In this document: positions 17,546-26,874 of the stretch, piece by piece
Layout of the letters: each line of letters starts with the position of its first letter
Position numbering within the stretch: position 1 is the stretch's first letter
NCBI GenBank assembly: GCA_965649265.1
Contig: CBFGKC010000002.1
Location: 60,655-106,999, forward strand
Reading direction: 5' to 3'
Source of the DNA: a candidate division WOR-3 bacterium
Lineage (GTDB): Bacteria; Hydrothermota; Tepidihabitantia; B3-TA06
Length of the DNA stretch: 46,345 nt
Notes under the pieces: model-generated
Databases searched by the model: none
What the model was told of the DNA's origin: nothing
What the model saw: the letters and a program-made list of their open reading frames with translations, nothing else
Made by a program: the position numbers and the translations under genes

Positions 17546-18248
17546 ACGATCCACCCTTGGAGAGCGAGATAAGCTTCATGAGCTTACGGAGGAAAGCCTC
17601 AAGCTCATCCACGATATCAGTGGATTTCTTAGCAAAATAGTTGTAGAAATAGATGGTCGGAATTGCGACTACAAGACCGAACTCGGTAGTGTAAAGCGCA
17701 ACACCTACACCCTGGGCGACAACAGCAGGACCGCCGGAACCCGAAACAGCGATATTCAAGAACGCCTGGATAAGACCGACCACGGTTCCCAGAAGGCCCA
17801 TGAGCGGACCGACGTTACCGATGGTATTTATGCCGGCAAGGAATCTTTCCATCTGTACACGCTGTCTGAGAATCTCACTTTCCATCATCTCCGCGATCAT
17901 ATCGTCCGGGAGGGTGTAATTCTCAAATGCTACACGCACGACATGCGCGAAAGGTACGTCGTGATTCTTCACAAGGGCAAGTACCTCGGGTATTCCACCT
18001 GTTGTAAAGGTTTCCTTAACCTTCTCAAAAAACTTCTCCGCGTTTACGCGGCGTTTTCCGAAATAGATGAATCTTTCTACAACCAACGTGATGGCTGCCA
18101 AAGATATCAAGGTCAAAAGTCCCATTGTGGGGTCAAAAGTCGGGTCCCACGGAAGACACATTCTAAAGAATGACTCCGAGGTCGACATGCCTGCCGTTGG
18201 CGCAGCACGAGAGAAAAGAAGTGTAGTCATATCAATAAGTTGCTTCAT
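17526..18248 (-). CDS. exbB: MotA/TolQ/ExbB proton channel protein
   Basis: TM1 ending VERF, TIGNVGPLMGLLGTVVGLIQAF, GVGVALYTTEFGLVVAIP..YNYF; GGAGG RBS. Confidence 0.92.
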   Translation of the reverse strand: MKQLIDMTTLLFSRAAPTAGMSTSESFFRMCLPWDPTFDPTMGLLTLISLAAITLVVERFIYFGKRRVNAEKFFEKVKETFTTGGIPEVLALVKNHDVPFAHVVRVAFENYTLPDDMIAEMMESEILRQRVQMERFLAGINTIGNVGPLMGLLGTVVGLIQAFLNIAVSGSGGPAVVAQGVGVALYTTEFGLVVAIPTIYFYNYFAKKSTDIVDELEAFLRKLMKLISLSKGGSYENPKA

Positions 18249-18281
18249 TTCGATACCTCCTTTGGGCGAAGCTTAGGCAAA

Positions 18282-18310
18282 AGTATAACACTCTTTTGCA
18301 TATTTGTCAA
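18282..18310 (-). promoter_or_regulatory. sigma70 promoter of exbB operon (extended -10)
   Basis: Minus strand TTGACA-17 bp-TATACT with TGn extension; a second TTGACA at 18312-18317. Confidence 0.7.
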
Positions 18311-18573
18311 GTGTCAATCCCTTTGCGGGATACACGCTGAAGCCTATAACTAACTTATTGCTTTTACAATGATTAAGACGCATTTGGTACCCTCGATGTT
18401 TACGCGCGATATCGGGCGTAGTCAGATACAAAATACAGTCAATCATAAGTGCAATTCTGAAGAAAAAAAGGCTAATGTCAATAGGACAGATGCTTGATAT
18501 CAAAACCTAAGTCAAAAACCTGAAACAAGCTCCTTAACTCAAAAAAACACAACCCTTTACATACCAAAAGATA

Positions 18574-21090
18574 TCAGTTAATCAACATCTCAGCCGATCG
18601 ACGTAGGCTTTGCAAATCCTCCGACGACTGTTTATAGAAATCACTTTCTGCAAAAGAGCGGTCAAGTCTGTCCAAGGCCTCAAGTGCTTTTTTACCGTCC
18701 TCTTTACGAATAAGAGGGTCTCCTCCCCCGGCCCTTTTTACCAGCGAGAAGGAAAGAAAATACAGAACCCTTGGAGTGTAGTTACCAGATTCGGGAAAGG
18801 AGGCGAGAAAAATGGTCGCCTGATTGATGGTTTTTTCCCAGTCTTTAGATAAAACCAGGACTCGCACAAGCTCGAATGATGCATCCTGGAGTATATCGTT
18901 GACGTCAGAAAGTTTTCGCCATTGTACTATTGTTTCTAACCTTTTTATCGCAGGTGCGTAATCTGCGAGTTCAATTTCCATCCTGGCGGTCTGTAAAAGG
19001 ATGGGCGGCAGATAGGGACTTTCCGGATTTACGGTCTCGAGTTTTGCAATAATACCTGCAAGATTATCAACCTGCCAGAGGGCTGTATCCTTGGATGCAA
19101 TCCTGTAGTAAAACGTCTCTAACGGCAGCGTGGAATTCTGAGTACGGCTCAAGCGTTCCGCGAACTGTCTTGCTTGTTCTTCGTCTCCTTTTGCCATGGC
19201 TGAATCGAAAATCAAAAGCAATATCTCTTTGTATAGATCGGCAAACTGGAAGTGATAGAGCTTTGCCTGTTCAATCAATTTGTCCAGGGTTTTCTGTGCG
19301 TTTTCGGGTGATCCCATCTCTATCTGGGCCCTTGCCAGTCTTGACCATGCATCGCGCACGTCAGGAGCCGATGGGAACGCGTTCAAGAGGTCCTGGTATG
19401 CCGATGCCGCAAGGTCGTAGCGTCCGCTTTGTTCGTACGAACGCCCCTCGAAATAAAGGCCCTGCATGCGCATCTCCGGGATCGAAGAGAAATTGAGGTG
19501 AGAGAATACGTCGGCGGCGCCTTTAAAATCCCTTGCCGCGTAGTACGCGAGACCCTCGAGAAATATTATAACCTGCTTCTCCCGCTCCGAAGGCGAATCG
19601 GCTTTGAGTGTGTTTATGATCTTTTTCACTCCTTCGACGTCCCTATCAGTCAGAAGGCTCCACGCCAGTCCGATATAACCCATGTGGCGCAAATCCGCAA
19701 AGCGACTTCTGGTACAGTACTCGTAGAAGGGTCGGGAAAGTTTCTCGTATCGACCGCCGGAATTATAATAAGCATCGGCAACGGCTAGATGAGAAGCGGT
19801 TACAAAAAAGTCTTCCTCCCCCGTACCGAGATCACTCAAGTACTGCTGGCCGCGGTTCTTTACGACGTCAGCAAGCCTGAGAACCAGGTCATAATTCCCT
19901 TTTTCATTTTCCGAGGAGGCGTACACGGATAGAACCATATCCGATGTTTGCGACGAGCCTGACATGTCTATCTTTTCGATCATCGCGGCGAGAATCAGCA
20001 AGGCATTATCATAGTCCTTCTTCCTTAGGTAACCTGCAACTCTCAGAAGTTTGTATAAATCTCCCGCGTTGCGTTTTTCGAAATATGCCTGTGTTGCGGG
20101 ATCGATCCCTGATGAACCCATTATCCACTGCGAGTAAATGGCGTAAGCTGGATCCTCACTCGCTTTTTTGAACCACGTCTTTGCCGCGTCAGGACGATTC
20201 TCCATCCATTCCACTCTGCCGCGAACAAGAGCGAGAGCACGTACGGGCAGGAGCCATTGGTAAAGGAAGGTGTCGGGAACCGCAAGGTGAGCCTCGCGTG
20301 ATTTCCCGAGTCCCAGAAGGGACATCGCCATATCGTATTTTACGAGAGACCAGTACGGAGAACGTATCTCGGAAAGAACCTTTAATGAGTCGAGAGCCTC
20401 GGCGTAACGCCCGGCTTTCACGAGCCGGTGCGCCCTTAGATAGCGCCCACAGGTACCCGGCGGAACCGTCGGGACTGTGTCATTAAGATGGTACCGCAAA
20501 GCCTGCCCGACGACTTCCCGGGCAGGCACGAATTTGAGGGCCCTGGATGGGTCGCGTTTGACAAGGGTAAAATACAAGAGTGAATCTTTCGTGGAAATCT
20601 GACCCTTTTCCCAGAAAGTTACAAGTGAACGCACCTCTTCCATCGGGGCACCCAAAGAAGCTTCCTTGTCGGCTTCGAGCGTCCGAAGTCCCGATTTCGC
20701 TCCGTCGATGTCACCCCTGAGCCAGTCCGCAGTGATGCGGTAGAAGAATATCTGGCGGCGCACGTCGGGAGGAGGAGTGAAGTTAAGCTGCAACTCCAGT
20801 CCCTTGAGGGCACTGTCAGGCTTAAGTCTTGCGAGTTGTTCGGAAGGCTCGCCAAGTCCGGGGGTCAACGGATTACCGCCGAGTTCGGACGTGAGGATGG
20901 TTGCGTCGATGCATTTTTCCATCTCCTCGTCGAGGGAAAAACCCGAAAGGGAAAAAAGGTACTCATCGGTTATCCATTCCGGAAACTGGTAATGGAACAC
21001 CGGTTTTCGCTGGAGCACTTCGGAAGCCTCCACCTGCTGAACCCCCAGATTCCCCTGACCTATCAAAAGTATCAAAAGCGTAAAATTCAT
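18574..21090 (-). CDS. exported TPR-repeat protein (838 aa)
   Basis: Short hydrophobic N-terminus; TPR/BamD-like repeats such as GLYFEGRSYEQSGRYDLAASAYQDLLNAFPS. Confidence 0.8.
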   Translation of the reverse strand: MNFTLLILLIGQGNLGVQQVEASEVLQRKPVFHYQFPEWITDEYLFSLSGFSLDEEMEKCIDATILTSELGGNPLTPGLGEPSEQLARLKPDSALKGLELQLNFTPPPDVRRQIFFYRITADWLRGDIDGAKSGLRTLEADKEASLGAPMEEVRSLVTFWEKGQISTKDSLLYFTLVKRDPSRALKFVPAREVVGQALRYHLNDTVPTVPPGTCGRYLRAHRLVKAGRYAEALDSLKVLSEIRSPYWSLVKYDMAMSLLGLGKSREAHLAVPDTFLYQWLLPVRALALVRGRVEWMENRPDAAKTWFKKASEDPAYAIYSQWIMGSSGIDPATQAYFEKRNAGDLYKLLRVAGYLRKKDYDNALLILAAMIEKIDMSGSSQTSDMVLSVYASSENEKGNYDLVLRLADVVKNRGQQYLSDLGTGEEDFFVTASHLAVADAYYNSGGRYEKLSRPFYEYCTRSRFADLRHMGYIGLAWSLLTDRDVEGVKKIINTLKADSPSEREKQVIIFLEGLAYYAARDFKGAADVFSHLNFSSIPEMRMQGLYFEGRSYEQSGRYDLAASAYQDLLNAFPSAPDVRDAWSRLARAQIEMGSPENAQKTLDKLIEQAKLYHFQFADLYKEILLLIFDSAMAKGDEEQARQFAERLSRTQNSTLPLETFYYRIASKDTALWQVDNLAGIIAKLETVNPESPYLPPILLQTARMEIELADYAPAIKRLETIVQWRKLSDVNDILQDASFELVRVLVLSKDWEKTINQATIFLASFPESGNYTPRVLYFLSFSLVKRAGGGDPLIRKEDGKKALEALDRLDRSFAESDFYKQSSEDLQSLRRSAEMLIN

Positions 21091-21123
21091 TTAAAGACTC
21101 CTTGAAGATTTAGAATATGATAC

Positions 21124-22596
21124 TCACTTATCAGGACGCTTGCAAGCCTTTTCGCATTCGGCAATCTTCTGTTCGATATCGGCTGATATACCATTGGATT
21201 TGTAAAACTCGGTATCCCGATAGCAGTTTTTAATAATTCTAAAATTCTCTAACGCCTTGCAGAACCCCTCCGCCGTACTAAGATAGGATAGTGCAAGATA
21301 GTAGTAGACCTCGGGCAAAAGGTCGGCATTTCTTTGCTTTATATCTTCATCGTATTCGAGCCATTCATCGAGTTCAGCTATCGCTTCTTTATAATTACCG
21401 AGATTGCAGTAACTCTTGGCCAGGATAAGAAGCGCTTCCGGCATAATGGACCCGGCTTCCTTGCATTCCTTGAGTATCTTGAGCTTCGAGAGAATATCGC
21501 GTGCATCCTCATAATCACCGCTTTCGAAGTTAGTTTTCCCTAGTTTGTAATAATTTTCGATGTTAAGGAATTTAAAGAATTGCTCGCACGGGAAATTCTT
21601 ATCCTGTATGAGTGAGGCAGAGTATTCGATAAGTGATAATACACCATAAGCATAGGCATTCTTGTATATTTCGCGGTTTTTGGAAAGCCTTGCCTTGACA
21701 TCCTCGGTAACCGCCACGGCCTCATTTATCTGCTTAGCCCTTATATTGAAATCTATAATTTTCATCGCTGCCCGGGCGGCACAAATGGAGGCAGGATATG
21801 ATTCAAATACTTTTTTGTAGGCATCATAGGCTTTTGTGTAATATTCTGCTTTTGCGTCGGAATCGGTTTCCGAATCGGCTAATTTCGTGTAAGTCGATGC
21901 CAAACAATAATAAGCATTTGAAACAAGGCCAGCCTGGGAACTGTCACCTGTTTCGTATTTTCCAATCCATTCCTCAAACTGAGATGCGGCTTCATCGTAT
22001 TTTCCAGATTGAAAATAAACGTACCCGAGTTGATAGGTAATCTCCGGCATCATCTCTTTAACCGCCTGGCTATCCGGCCAGTTTTTCAGTTCCAATAAAA
22101 TGTATTCCGCTTTTGCATAACTTGAATCCAGCACAAGAAGATAGCTCATCAGAAATAGCGGATCCGGCATAAGATGCTTTCTTTTCTTCTCACTAATTAG
22201 CTTCTTTATCTTTTCAATGCTAATTTCTTCTTTTTCGTAATCTCCGGAATTTCTGTAGTTGTAACTACCCCCACCATAACTCCTAGCCAGCCTTTCAATA
22301 GTAGCATCAGCCTTACTTTTTTCTCCCTGATCTCGATAGTGATTATAAAGCACGGATAATCCATATCTATAGGCTTCTCTATACAAAAACCGGTCATCCT
22401 TTTCTATATGACTAACAACGGCCTCGACCGAATCTACCTCCCCCTCCTCCATGTATATATCTATTATTTTCTTGTACGCGTCGGCTGCGATTGAGGAATC
22501 GGTGTTGTTTTGAATTATTTCAAGGTAAGCGGATATACTATCTCGATTATCCTCGGCTGGGATGACCTGAACAAAAAGCCCCAGAAGTATCAACAC
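21124..22596 (-). CDS. exported TPR-repeat protein (490 aa), tandem copies of the C-terminal module of the 886-aa paralog
   Basis: GTG start with GGAGG RBS; PDPLFLMSYLLV..WP.S..K..MPEITYQL matches 24211-26871. Confidence 0.8.
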   Translation of the reverse strand: MLILLGLFVQVIPAEDNRDSISAYLEIIQNNTDSSIAADAYKKIIDIYMEEGEVDSVEAVVSHIEKDDRFLYREAYRYGLSVLYNHYRDQGEKSKADATIERLARSYGGGSYNYRNSGDYEKEEISIEKIKKLISEKKRKHLMPDPLFLMSYLLVLDSSYAKAEYILLELKNWPDSQAVKEMMPEITYQLGYVYFQSGKYDEAASQFEEWIGKYETGDSSQAGLVSNAYYCLASTYTKLADSETDSDAKAEYYTKAYDAYKKVFESYPASICAARAAMKIIDFNIRAKQINEAVAVTEDVKARLSKNREIYKNAYAYGVLSLIEYSASLIQDKNFPCEQFFKFLNIENYYKLGKTNFESGDYEDARDILSKLKILKECKEAGSIMPEALLILAKSYCNLGNYKEAIAELDEWLEYDEDIKQRNADLLPEVYYYLALSYLSTAEGFCKALENFRIIKNCYRDTEFYKSNGISADIEQKIAECEKACKRPDK

Positions 22597-22627
22597 TTTC
22601 CCTCCTTTTAACTAGATTAGAAGCGTT

Positions 22628-24232
22628 CTACTGCGACTGCAGGCGGCAGTCGTCGCGAAGTTGGGTAGCCCACTGCCTGTTGGCTTCATCCGAAGGAGCC
22701 CGGTTCAGATAGTCTTCAAGCATCGTTATGGCTTTACGGAACATATCCTTGGCCTCTGTAGGGCTCGTGCCCTTGAGAGATTGGGCCTTTGATGCGTAGG
22801 CCACACCTATCATGAAAGCCATATCCCATTGAAAATAATTGAGATATCTGCTTTTAAAAGTTTCACCCTCGTTAATAAGCCTGTCCCACTCCTTTAAAGG
22901 GTAGAAGCAGTAAAGACGCAGTGCTTTGGAATCCTTGATTATGTCCTCACTTGCTTGCGATGCAGTGGTCAGGGCGGTCCAGTTCAGGCATTTTTCGTAT
23001 TTACCTTCCTCGTAGAAGCGATTGGCAAGTTGAAGCTGGTAAGTTGGGAGATCCTTGGAGTTAGGAACATCGGCGGCATAATTTTTCAAAAGGTTTTCCA
23101 GGCTATCTGTAGGAAGAACACCATAATTGCCGCCCAAGGCCTCGGCGGCCAACCTCGTATAGGTTAAATCGAGACCTGTTGTAGCCACACTTACCCCCCA
23201 GGCCCTGCGAATTATCTTCCAGTTATCTATAGCTTCGTTAAGACGACCCGAATTGTAGTAGGCCTGCGCAAGGTTGGTTCTTATTTCCCTGATCGCCGAA
23301 CTGTCGGTAATCAGGCCAAGCGCCTTATTATAGTAGAGAATCGCCTGATCGTAGTCTTCAGTAGAAAAGTTAAGCCACCCAACAAGATATGTTGCTGAAA
23401 GCGCTTTTGGCGAACCTGGATAATCGTCGGCTACCCTTCTCAAGTATTGTATGGCCGTTCTTTGTTCGCCGAGTCGATCGTATGCTAAGCCTTTGTAATA
23501 CAGGTTCTTGGGAACCAAAGACTTGGCAAGAGGTCCCCATATACCTTCAAGCGGAATTTGCTGATATTCTTTGTCATCAAAAAAGAACCTTATGGCTTCC
23601 TCGTAACGACCTGAATTGAATTCCGTAATAGCTTCGCCGTAGAAAGTCGAAACAACAAGCTCAGGAGAGATGGCTCGAAATGAATCTCGGAATGCGGCCC
23701 TGGCTTCATCGTAACGGCCGAGATGCATAAGACACCAGGCAAGTCCATGGCGAGCAAATTCGTAAACCTCTGAGGCTTGGTAATCCTCTATCAATTCGCG
23801 ATAGCGAAGCATGGCGTCCTGATACTTTTCTTGATAGTAGTAGGATTCGGCCATGTGAAAAAGGATATGAGGTCTGAATACCGGATCGCCCTGGGGATAA
23901 CGCGTTATGTAGTTCTGGGCTTCATTGAGAAGTGCTGCATAGCTGCCCTTTTCGTAAAGATCGAGAATGATTACGTTCTCAAGGGCATCCCTCTGGATTA
24001 CAAGGTCGGTAGACTGTATTATACCCATTAGAGTGGAAACCTGCTCTGGGGTCAACCCTTCCTTTTTTACCTCAATGCTGGCATGGAACAAACCGTGAGG
24101 TTTCTGTTCCTTAATTACTCCCTTGTATTCCTCTGTAAGAGTCATCTGCATTTCCCCTGATAACGTCAGGGGAAATGCAGATGAAATTGTTAGAAAGGCT
24201 AAGACAAACTTTAGCCAATCTTTCGTTTGCAT
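22628..24232 (-). CDS. exported TPR-repeat protein (534 aa)
   Basis: Signal peptide; FHMAESYYYQEKYQDAMLRYRELIEDY and YYKGLAYDRLGE..DDYPGS repeats. Confidence 0.85.
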   Translation of the reverse strand: MQTKDWLKFVLAFLTISSAFPLTLSGEMQMTLTEEYKGVIKEQKPHGLFHASIEVKKEGLTPEQVSTLMGIIQSTDLVIQRDALENVIILDLYEKGSYAALLNEAQNYITRYPQGDPVFRPHILFHMAESYYYQEKYQDAMLRYRELIEDYQASEVYEFARHGLAWCLMHLGRYDEARAAFRDSFRAISPELVVSTFYGEAITEFNSGRYEEAIRFFFDDKEYQQIPLEGIWGPLAKSLVPKNLYYKGLAYDRLGEQRTAIQYLRRVADDYPGSPKALSATYLVGWLNFSTEDYDQAILYYNKALGLITDSSAIREIRTNLAQAYYNSGRLNEAIDNWKIIRRAWGVSVATTGLDLTYTRLAAEALGGNYGVLPTDSLENLLKNYAADVPNSKDLPTYQLQLANRFYEEGKYEKCLNWTALTTASQASEDIIKDSKALRLYCFYPLKEWDRLINEGETFKSRYLNYFQWDMAFMIGVAYASKAQSLKGTSPTEAKDMFRKAITMLEDYLNRAPSDEANRQWATQLRDDCRLQSQ

Positions 24233-26871
24233 TGTTCTATATAAGTATCTATGTTAGTTGCGATTCCTTTTCCGGTATAGAACTCGCTGTCCTTGTATTT
24301 ATCCTTGATAACTTGCAGATTCGACATAGCCTTGCGATAATATCCTGCTCTTACCTGTGGTGATTGTTCAGCTTCGGCAAGACCGATATAAGCCAGGCCG
24401 AGGAAGTAGTAAACCCTGGGAGCAAGATCAAGACGTGCGTTATCACCCTGTTCATAGTAGCGAGTCCAGGCCTCAAGCTGAGTAATGGCATCCTGATAGC
24501 TGTTTTGCATGTAATAAACGGTTGCAAGCTGGAAGGTGATTTCAGGCATCTTGTCTTTAGTCGCCTCTGAGTTCGGCCAGTTATTAAGTTCCACAAGTAC
24601 GTTCTTGGCCTCGTCATAGGTCTTCTGCTGTACAAGAAGATAGCTCAAGAGAAACAGAGGATCCGGCAGGTACTGGCTACGGGGATTGCGAGCTCTTATC
24701 TTTTCTATTTTCTCTCGCAAATCCGCTATATCTGCAGTTGTAGTGTCACGCATAGCCTGACGGAAGTAGAGCTGTTCAATAGGTTCGGTAGTCCCAAGTT
24801 CACTGGTAAGCCTTTTCGCATAGACCTCAGCAGTAGTTTCATCGCCAATTCCTTGATAGTAGTCGAAAAGGGATGCAAGACCATAACCATAAGCATCACG
24901 ATAGATGGCTCGGTTTCTTGTCATCTTGCTTTTTACTTCTTCGGTCTTGGCTACAGCTTTATCAACCTGTTTGGCTCGAATGTAGAACTCGATCATCTTT
25001 TGAGAAGCGTCGCCTGCAGATGGACGCTGAGGGAAGGAATCGGCAATATGTTCGTAAACTGCCAAAGCATCACCGTATGCCTGAAGTTGTTCCAGGCATT
25101 TTCCTCTCCAGAAAAGCGCCTTATCAATCAAACTGTCAGCTATTTCGTTGTATCTGATTTTATCGGTGGCCTTTTCTCGCCTTACGGTTACATTCAGCTG
25201 GCTTTCGTATCCTGACTCATCAAAAAACCAACTGGCTGCATTCATGTAGTCACCCTTATAATAGTGGGCCAGACCCTGGCCATAAGCGGCCAAAACTAAG
25301 GCGTCGGTTTTGAGAGTAGAGTTGATTATTGCATCAAAACCCTGTATCGCATCATCGAAACGCCTGGCTTCCATGTTATACCATGCAAGGGTAACCTTGG
25401 CAAGCGTACTCATATAGGAATCAGGATACTTCTCAAGAATCGTCTGGTATATGAGTCTCGCGTCCTCACGTCTTTTGTTATTGCGGATTTCTCCTCTTAC
25501 ATATGAGGAATAATATGTGGCATCAGCCTGATTATAAAGAAGGTAAGCACGCCAATCACCGCCATACTGTATCGCAACGGAGTCTTGTTTGAAAAGTGAG
25601 AGATAACCCTTTGGTTTTGAACTGGCATCGTTATAACTGGCTTGCAGGTTCTGTCTGTTGAGTGACAAGAGAGCCATGGTCATGGCACCTTCATATATGA
25701 GGAGTTCCTCTGGGGGGGCATCGGGATTAGGTATGTTGGTCGCAACCGCATTATAGTAATTGAGAGCTTGAGTGTAATTGCTCTGATCGAACTCGATATT
25801 CCCGAGAACCATGCTGGAGAGATTCTCCATCATACCCTGACCGCGATTGGTAAGAGCGATTCTGCCCAGTCGCTGGGCTTCAGCCTTTGCTATATCGAGA
25901 TTCCCTTCTTTTCGGTTGATTTCATACAAACGATAAGTCGTATAGAAATCGACCATGGAGTTGGGCGCAACTATCCTTGCCTGCTCAAACGAAAACCTTG
26001 CACTATCGGCAAGTTTGAGTTCCCGGTACGATTCGCCTCTCATGAAGTACGCGTGAGCCGCAAGCACCTGACCGTTCCTGTTGGGGTCTGTCAGTTTACT
26101 CAAGAGGTCAACCGCATAACGGTACTCCCTGTCGTGGTAATAAGTGCATGCAAGGTAGTATTCCGCAAACGGCCTTAAAGCCGTCTGCGGGTATTTTGTC
26201 ATGAAATCACGAAAGACGTTCTTCGACGTGGCGTAATCCATATTGAAGAAGGACATTTCGGCGCGGCTGAAGTCAACCAATTCAGCAAGACTCACATCCT
26301 CTGAGAGTTCCGTGAGGATCGAACGAATATCGCTGAAAAAAGCCGGATCGCGAGAATTAATCAGGCTGCGTGCAAGGAAAAGCTTATCAACCGGATAAGC
26401 TTTGTCCTTTAAATGATCGAAAGCTGTTTTGTAATCCTTTCTGATAAGGTAATCAGCGATGCCCATACCACCCATATCCTGCGCCTCGTCAAGAAATCTC
26501 TGAGCTCTCTGCAATTCTCCAATCTGGAAGTAACAGAGGCCCAGGGAGAACTTGACCTGCGGCGTAAGATATGCATAGCGGGAATCGGCGGGGATGTCTT
26601 CGTTCAGTACCTTCTCTAAGAGCGAGATGGCCACTTCAAACCGCCCAAGGTAATACGCACATTGGGCGGTTCTATATTTCATCTCTGCAGCAAAACCACG
26701 AGACTGGGCATCCCTTATGAGACCGTTGTAGGTATCATAGGCCTGCTGGTAGTTGCTTTGAGAAATAAGCTTTTCGGCCTTCTCGTAATCGGACATGAAC
26801 TTGTCCGTGGCCTGACCGAAGAGAGCCCCGGCAACTATAAGTATTGCTACTAGGGCTGCTGCCTTCTTCAT
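24211..26871 (-). CDS. exported TPR-repeat protein (886 aa)
   Basis: Signal peptide MKKAAALVAILIVAGALFG|Q; many TPR/BamD-like repeats. Confidence 0.88.
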   Translation of the reverse strand: MKKAAALVAILIVAGALFGQATDKFMSDYEKAEKLISQSNYQQAYDTYNGLIRDAQSRGFAAEMKYRTAQCAYYLGRFEVAISLLEKVLNEDIPADSRYAYLTPQVKFSLGLCYFQIGELQRAQRFLDEAQDMGGMGIADYLIRKDYKTAFDHLKDKAYPVDKLFLARSLINSRDPAFFSDIRSILTELSEDVSLAELVDFSRAEMSFFNMDYATSKNVFRDFMTKYPQTALRPFAEYYLACTYYHDREYRYAVDLLSKLTDPNRNGQVLAAHAYFMRGESYRELKLADSARFSFEQARIVAPNSMVDFYTTYRLYEINRKEGNLDIAKAEAQRLGRIALTNRGQGMMENLSSMVLGNIEFDQSNYTQALNYYNAVATNIPNPDAPPEELLIYEGAMTMALLSLNRQNLQASYNDASSKPKGYLSLFKQDSVAIQYGGDWRAYLLYNQADATYYSSYVRGEIRNNKRREDARLIYQTILEKYPDSYMSTLAKVTLAWYNMEARRFDDAIQGFDAIINSTLKTDALVLAAYGQGLAHYYKGDYMNAASWFFDESGYESQLNVTVRREKATDKIRYNEIADSLIDKALFWRGKCLEQLQAYGDALAVYEHIADSFPQRPSAGDASQKMIEFYIRAKQVDKAVAKTEEVKSKMTRNRAIYRDAYGYGLASLFDYYQGIGDETTAEVYAKRLTSELGTTEPIEQLYFRQAMRDTTTADIADLREKIEKIRARNPRSQYLPDPLFLLSYLLVQQKTYDEAKNVLVELNNWPNSEATKDKMPEITFQLATVYYMQNSYQDAITQLEAWTRYYEQGDNARLDLAPRVYYFLGLAYIGLAEAEQSPQVRAGYYRKAMSNLQVIKDKYKDSEFYTGKGIATNIDTYIEQCKRKIG

Positions 26872-26874
26872 AAC

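Noticed and set aside
17523-18173. 216-aa plus-strand ORF and other short antisense ORFs in the track
   Set aside because: Shadows of well-supported genes on the opposite strand
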